Below are positions 33,127 to 36,040 of a stretch of DNA of 36,040 nt, piece by piece. Position numbers and translations under genes: made by a program. The notes beneath the pieces are model-generated. The model saw only the letters and a list, made by a program, of their open reading frames with translations, was not told the origin of the DNA and ran no database searches. How positions within the stretch are numbered: the stretch's first letter is position 1; each line of letters begins with the position of its first letter. The DNA lies in the NCBI GenBank assembly GCA_964501855.1, contig CAZCTZ010000003.1, positions 1 to 36,040 on the forward strand, read 5' to 3'. The stretch is from an uncultured Thermotogae bacterium (GTDB lineage: Bacteria > Bipolaricaulota > Bipolaricaulia > RBG-16-55-9 > JANLFV01).

Positions 33127-33522
33127 TTACTGTAGCTCCACCTCGGCTCCGAGGGCCTGGAGCTCCTCCTTGAGCTTGTTCGCCTCCTCCTCGCTGAGGC
33201 CTTCCTTGACCACCGCGGGGAGGTTGTCCACCAGCTCCTTGCTCTCCTTGAGGCCCTTCCCGGTGATCTCCTTGATCTTCTTGATCAGTTGGACCTTCTG
33301 CTGGCCGGGGCTCTTCAGGACCACCTTGAAGGCGGTCTTCTCCTCGGCTGCCGGGGCCTCAGCTCCAGCCCCGGGAGCGGCCGCTCCCGGCGCCGGCGCG
33401 GTCGCTACCGGCGCGACCGCTTGGGCGCTCACCCCGTAGCGCTCCTCGATCGCCTCGACCAGCTCGGCCAGCTCCTTCACCGTCATCTTGTCGATCAGCT
33501 CGAGGATCTCCTCTTTGGTCAT
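33127..33522 (-). CDS. rplL: 50S ribosomal protein L7/L12
   Basis: The sequence runs [31 protein letters not shown], then an Ala/Pro hinge, then [37 protein letters not shown] 33522 has the SD AGGAGG at 9 nt. The track start 33531 abuts the SD. Confidence 0.9.
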   Translation of the reverse strand: MTKEEILELIDKMTVKELAELVEAIEERYGVSAQAVAPVATAPAPGAAAPGAGAEAPAAEEKTAFKVVLKSPGQQKVQLIKKIKEITGKGLKESKELVDNLPAVVKEGLSEEEANKLKEELQALGAEVELQ

Positions 33523-33527
33523 CCTGT

Positions 33528-34055
33528 TCATCCTCCTTCTCCCTTCTCTTTCAACTTCTGCACCTCACGGAGCACGATAGCGAACCGGCTGATGATCGCC
33601 TTGAGGTCCAGCGCCAGCCGCTGGATCGGCCCGCTCAGGGTGGTGGCCAGCTTGGTGAGCAGCTCCTCCCGGGAGGGGAGCTTCGCTAGATATTCTACCT
33701 CGTTCGGACCGACGAGCTCGCCCTCGATGATGCCCCCCTTGATCCGGTATTGCTTGTATCTCTTGGCCACCTCGAGGGCCAGCTTGAACGGCAGGGTCGG
33801 GTCGTCATAGCCGAAGCAGATGCCCGTCGGCCCGACCAGGAACTCGTCGATCTTCACCCCAGCCCGCTGGGCCGCCAGCCGCGCCAGCGTATTCTTGATC
33901 ACGCGATACTCCAGGCGGTTCTTCCGGAAGAGCCGCCGTAGCTCCACCATCTCCTGGGCGGAGAGCCCCCGAAAGTCGGTGAAGACCATCGCCCGCGAGC
34001 GGCGGAACCGCTCCTCTAGCAGCGCGACCTCGCGCTCCTTCTCCGGCCTGGGCAT
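33528..34055 (-). CDS. rplJ: 50S ribosomal protein L10
   Basis: The sequence from internal ATG 34055, which has the SD AGGAGGGGG, is [41 protein letters not shown]...[11 protein letters not shown]. The upstream part of the track ORF is antisense/overlap noise. Confidence 0.9.
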   Translation of the reverse strand: MPRPEKEREVALLEERFRRSRAMVFTDFRGLSAQEMVELRRLFRKNRLEYRVIKNTLARLAAQRAGVKIDEFLVGPTGICFGYDDPTLPFKLALEVAKRYKQYRIKGGIIEGELVGPNEVEYLAKLPSREELLTKLATTLSGPIQRLALDLKAIISRFAIVLREVQKLKEKGEGG

Positions 34056-34102
34056 CTTCAACTTCCCCCTCCTGCCCGTGCTCGCTAACTGCTTAACCGG
34101 AA

Positions 34103-34828
34103 CTAGAGCATCCGCTCGGCGACCAGTCGGCTCACCTCGTCGGGATCGACCTTGATCCCCGGCCCCATCGTCGAGGAGATCGTCACCCCGCGGATGTATT
34201 TCCCGCGGACGTCCCCGGGCTTCTCCTCGATGATCGCCCCCGCGAGCGCCAGGAAGTTCTCCCGGAGGTGCTCCTCGGGGAAGGAGCACCGCCCGAAGGG
34301 CGCGTGGATGTTGCCGTATTCGTCCAGGCGGAACTCGATCTTGCCCCGCCGGAGCTCCTCGATCGCCTGGCCGATCTCGCGGGTGACGGTGCCCGTCTTG
34401 GGGGAGGGCATCAGCCCCCGCGGGCCGAGGATCCTACCGAGCCTGCCGACGATGCTCATCATCTCGGGGGTGGCCACCGCGGCGTCGAAGTCGAGCCAGC
34501 CCTCCTCGATCCGCTTGGCGAGATCCTCCGCGCCGACGACCATCGCGCCGGCCTCCTCGGCCTCCTTGGCCTTCTCCCCCTTGGCGAAGGCGATCACGCG
34601 GACCTCCCGCCCGACGCCGTAGGGGAGGATCACCGTCCCGCGGATCCGGTGCTCGGTCTTCTTGGGGTTGACGTTGAGCCGGAAGACCGCATCGGCCGAC
34701 TCATCGAAGCTGGCCGTGGCCAGCTCCTTCAGCAGGCGGATCGCCTCCTCCAGCGAGTAGAGCCTGAACCGGTCGACCTTCTCCTTGACCGCTAGGTAGC
34801 GCTTGCTGCGGTTCATCGTCATTTTCAT
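34103..34828 (-). CDS. rplA: 50S ribosomal protein L1
   Basis: It has the motifs SKRYLAVKEKVD..YSLEEAIRLLKE...FDESADAVFRLNVNPKK...RGTVILPYG. The exact start is ambiguous among ATGs at 34828, 34822 and 34816. Confidence 0.9.
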   Translation of the reverse strand: MKMTMNRSKRYLAVKEKVDRFRLYSLEEAIRLLKELATASFDESADAVFRLNVNPKKTEHRIRGTVILPYGVGREVRVIAFAKGEKAKEAEEAGAMVVGAEDLAKRIEEGWLDFDAAVATPEMMSIVGRLGRILGPRGLMPSPKTGTVTREIGQAIEELRRGKIEFRLDEYGNIHAPFGRCSFPEEHLRENFLALAGAIIEEKPGDVRGKYIRGVTISSTMGPGIKVDPDEVSRLVAERML

Positions 34829-34839
34829 TTTTATTATTT

Positions 34840-35271
34840 CTATCCCTCGACCACCTCGATCCCCATGTTCCGTGCCGTCCCCTCGATGATCCTCATCGCC
34901 GCCTCGATGTCATCGGTGTTGAGGTCCGGCAGCTTGAGCTCGGCGATCCGCCGGAGCTGCTCCCGGGTGATCTTCCCGACCTTCCGGATGTTCGGCTCGC
35001 CCGAGCCGGTGGTGATCCCCGCGGCTCGCTTGAGGAGCTCGGAGGCCGGCGGCTTCTTCAGCACGAAGTCGAAGCTCTTATCGGAGTAGACCGTCAGGAC
35101 GACGGGGACGAGCATCCCCTTCTCCGTGTCCTTGGTGGCCTCGTTGAACTTCTTGCAGAATTCCATGATATTGACCTTGGCCTGGCCGAGGATCGGCCCG
35201 ACCGGCGGCGCTGGAGTGGCCTCCCCCGCCGGGATCTGGAGCTTGATCACCTGCTCGACCTTCTTCGCCAT
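34840..35271 (-). CDS. rplK: 50S ribosomal protein L11
   Basis: [43 protein letters not shown] is canonical L11. The SD AAGGAGG lies 6 nt upstream. Confidence 0.95.
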   Translation of the reverse strand: MAKKVEQVIKLQIPAGEATPAPPVGPILGQAKVNIMEFCKKFNEATKDTEKGMLVPVVLTVYSDKSFDFVLKKPPASELLKRAAGITTGSGEPNIRKVGKITREQLRRIAELKLPDLNTDDIEAAMRIIEGTARNMGIEVVEG

Positions 35272-35297
35272 GGCGGCCTCCTTACTTTAGACAGACT

Positions 35298-36040
35298 TCA
35301 GAGCTTCTCGATCCCCTCGAACCCGAGCCGCACGGGGGTCTCCCTCCCGAAGATCCGCACCATCACCGTGACCTCTTCCCGCTCCTTATCGATCTCGCGG
35401 ATCTCGCCGGTGAAGTCCGCGAAGGGGCCCTCGACGATCTCGACCACCTCGCCGACCTCGAAGTCCACCTCGATCTTGGGCCGCTCCGGCTTGGGGATCT
35501 TCTCCAGGCCGGCCTTCCGCTTGACGACCTTCATCTCCCGCTCGGGGACCGGCAGCGGCGGCGAGCCGACGAACCGGCATTTGAGCCCCTTCACCAGCTC
35601 CAGCATCTTCTCGTCCATCTCCATCTTGGCGAAGATGTAGCCGGGGAAGAGCCGCCGCTTCTCGATCTTCTGGACGGCGACGACCCGCTTGTCCTTGTAT
35701 TCCTTCACCTTGACCATCCCCGAGGCCCGGCTGTAGATCTTGTCCTCGCGCTCGAGCAGGTCCCCCTTCCGCAGGCGCATACCCTCACGCAGCCGGACAA
35801 GGTATTTTTCGGGGATCAGCTCGGTGACCACCTCGCCGTCCTCCTTCTCCAGCTCGATCCGCTTGACCCGGTCGCGCAGGGCGATCTTCCCCTTGGTCTC
35901 GGCGACGAACTCCCGATCGGTGGTGAGCGGCACCCCCGCGCGGATCTTCTCCCCGGTGCGGATGTCCCGCCGGATGCGCCGGTCCGCGGGGATGAGGTAG
36001 ACCTCCTCGTTGCGGTTGGTCATCTCGATGATCACCCGCT
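35298..36040 (-). CDS. nusG: Transcription termination/antitermination factor NusG with a Thermotoga-type domain II insertion (5' end off the window)
   Basis: It has RRLFPGYIFAKMEM (NGN) and the KOW motif FEVGEVVEIVEGPFADFTGEIREID...VRIFGRETPV. The frame stays open to the window edge. About 125 aa before the FPGY strand resemble T. maritima NusG DII. Confidence 0.9.
   Translation of the reverse strand, partial: RVIIEMTNRNEEVYLIPADRRIRRDIRTGEKIRAGVPLTTDREFVAETKGKIALRDRVKRIELEKEDGEVVTELIPEKYLVRLREGMRLRKGDLLEREDKIYSRASGMVKVKEYKDKRVVAVQKIEKRRLFPGYIFAKMEMDEKMLELVKGLKCRFVGSPPLPVPEREMKVVKRKAGLEKIPKPERPKIEVDFEVGEVVEIVEGPFADFTGEIREIDKEREEVTVMVRIFGRETPVRLGFEGIEKL

Overview
This is a GC-rich bacterial chromosomal window with strong GC3 codon bias. 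It is almost entirely core or housekeeping content. There is no integrase, transposase, CRISPR array or rRNA.

Gene order, left to right:
- A 47-aa membrane peptide, a YbjN/DUF2299-like protein and a stand-alone cNMP-binding protein.
- mtaD, then the rpsO-pnp-M16 peptidase-HIT operon.
- A decayed gene beside tRNA-Phe and tRNA-Asp.
- A tightly packed mixed operon: nitroreductase, acyP, uvrC, sugar nucleotidyltransferase, an orphan truncated ATP-synthase-epsilon-like protein, and an aldehyde dehydrogenase.
- rarA, a helical lipoprotein, tRNA-Lys, a PPP-family phosphoesterase, and tRNA-Lys/Glu/Val.
- acs, cysS and a secreted CARDB protein.
- A sugar block: ROK kinase, an MsmX/UgpC-like ABC ATPase, and two tandem phosphofructokinases with different signature types.
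- An HD phosphohydrolase, a Nudix hydrolase, and nusG-rplK-rplA-rplJ-rplL-rpoB on the minus strand.

NusG carries a Thermotoga-type domain II insertion, which hints at a deep-branching lineage.

I did not find a convincing self-contained novel multi-gene system. The most unusual observations are:
- rpoB is followed by a Nudix gene instead of rpoC.
- The CysRS HIGH and KMSKS signatures read TIAN and EMHKS.
- PNPase has a duplicated C-terminal S1 domain joined by a basic linker.
- A truncated AtpC-like protein is translationally coupled to a nucleotidyltransferase.
- acs has a roughly 184-nt structured 5' leader.
- A 25-nt exact repeat with a palindromic core sits on gene ends.
- Polypurine or microsatellite leaders recur, and hexanucleotide repeats encode alternating dipeptides inside many genes.

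All product calls rest on motif recognition by eye. No searches or folding computations were run.
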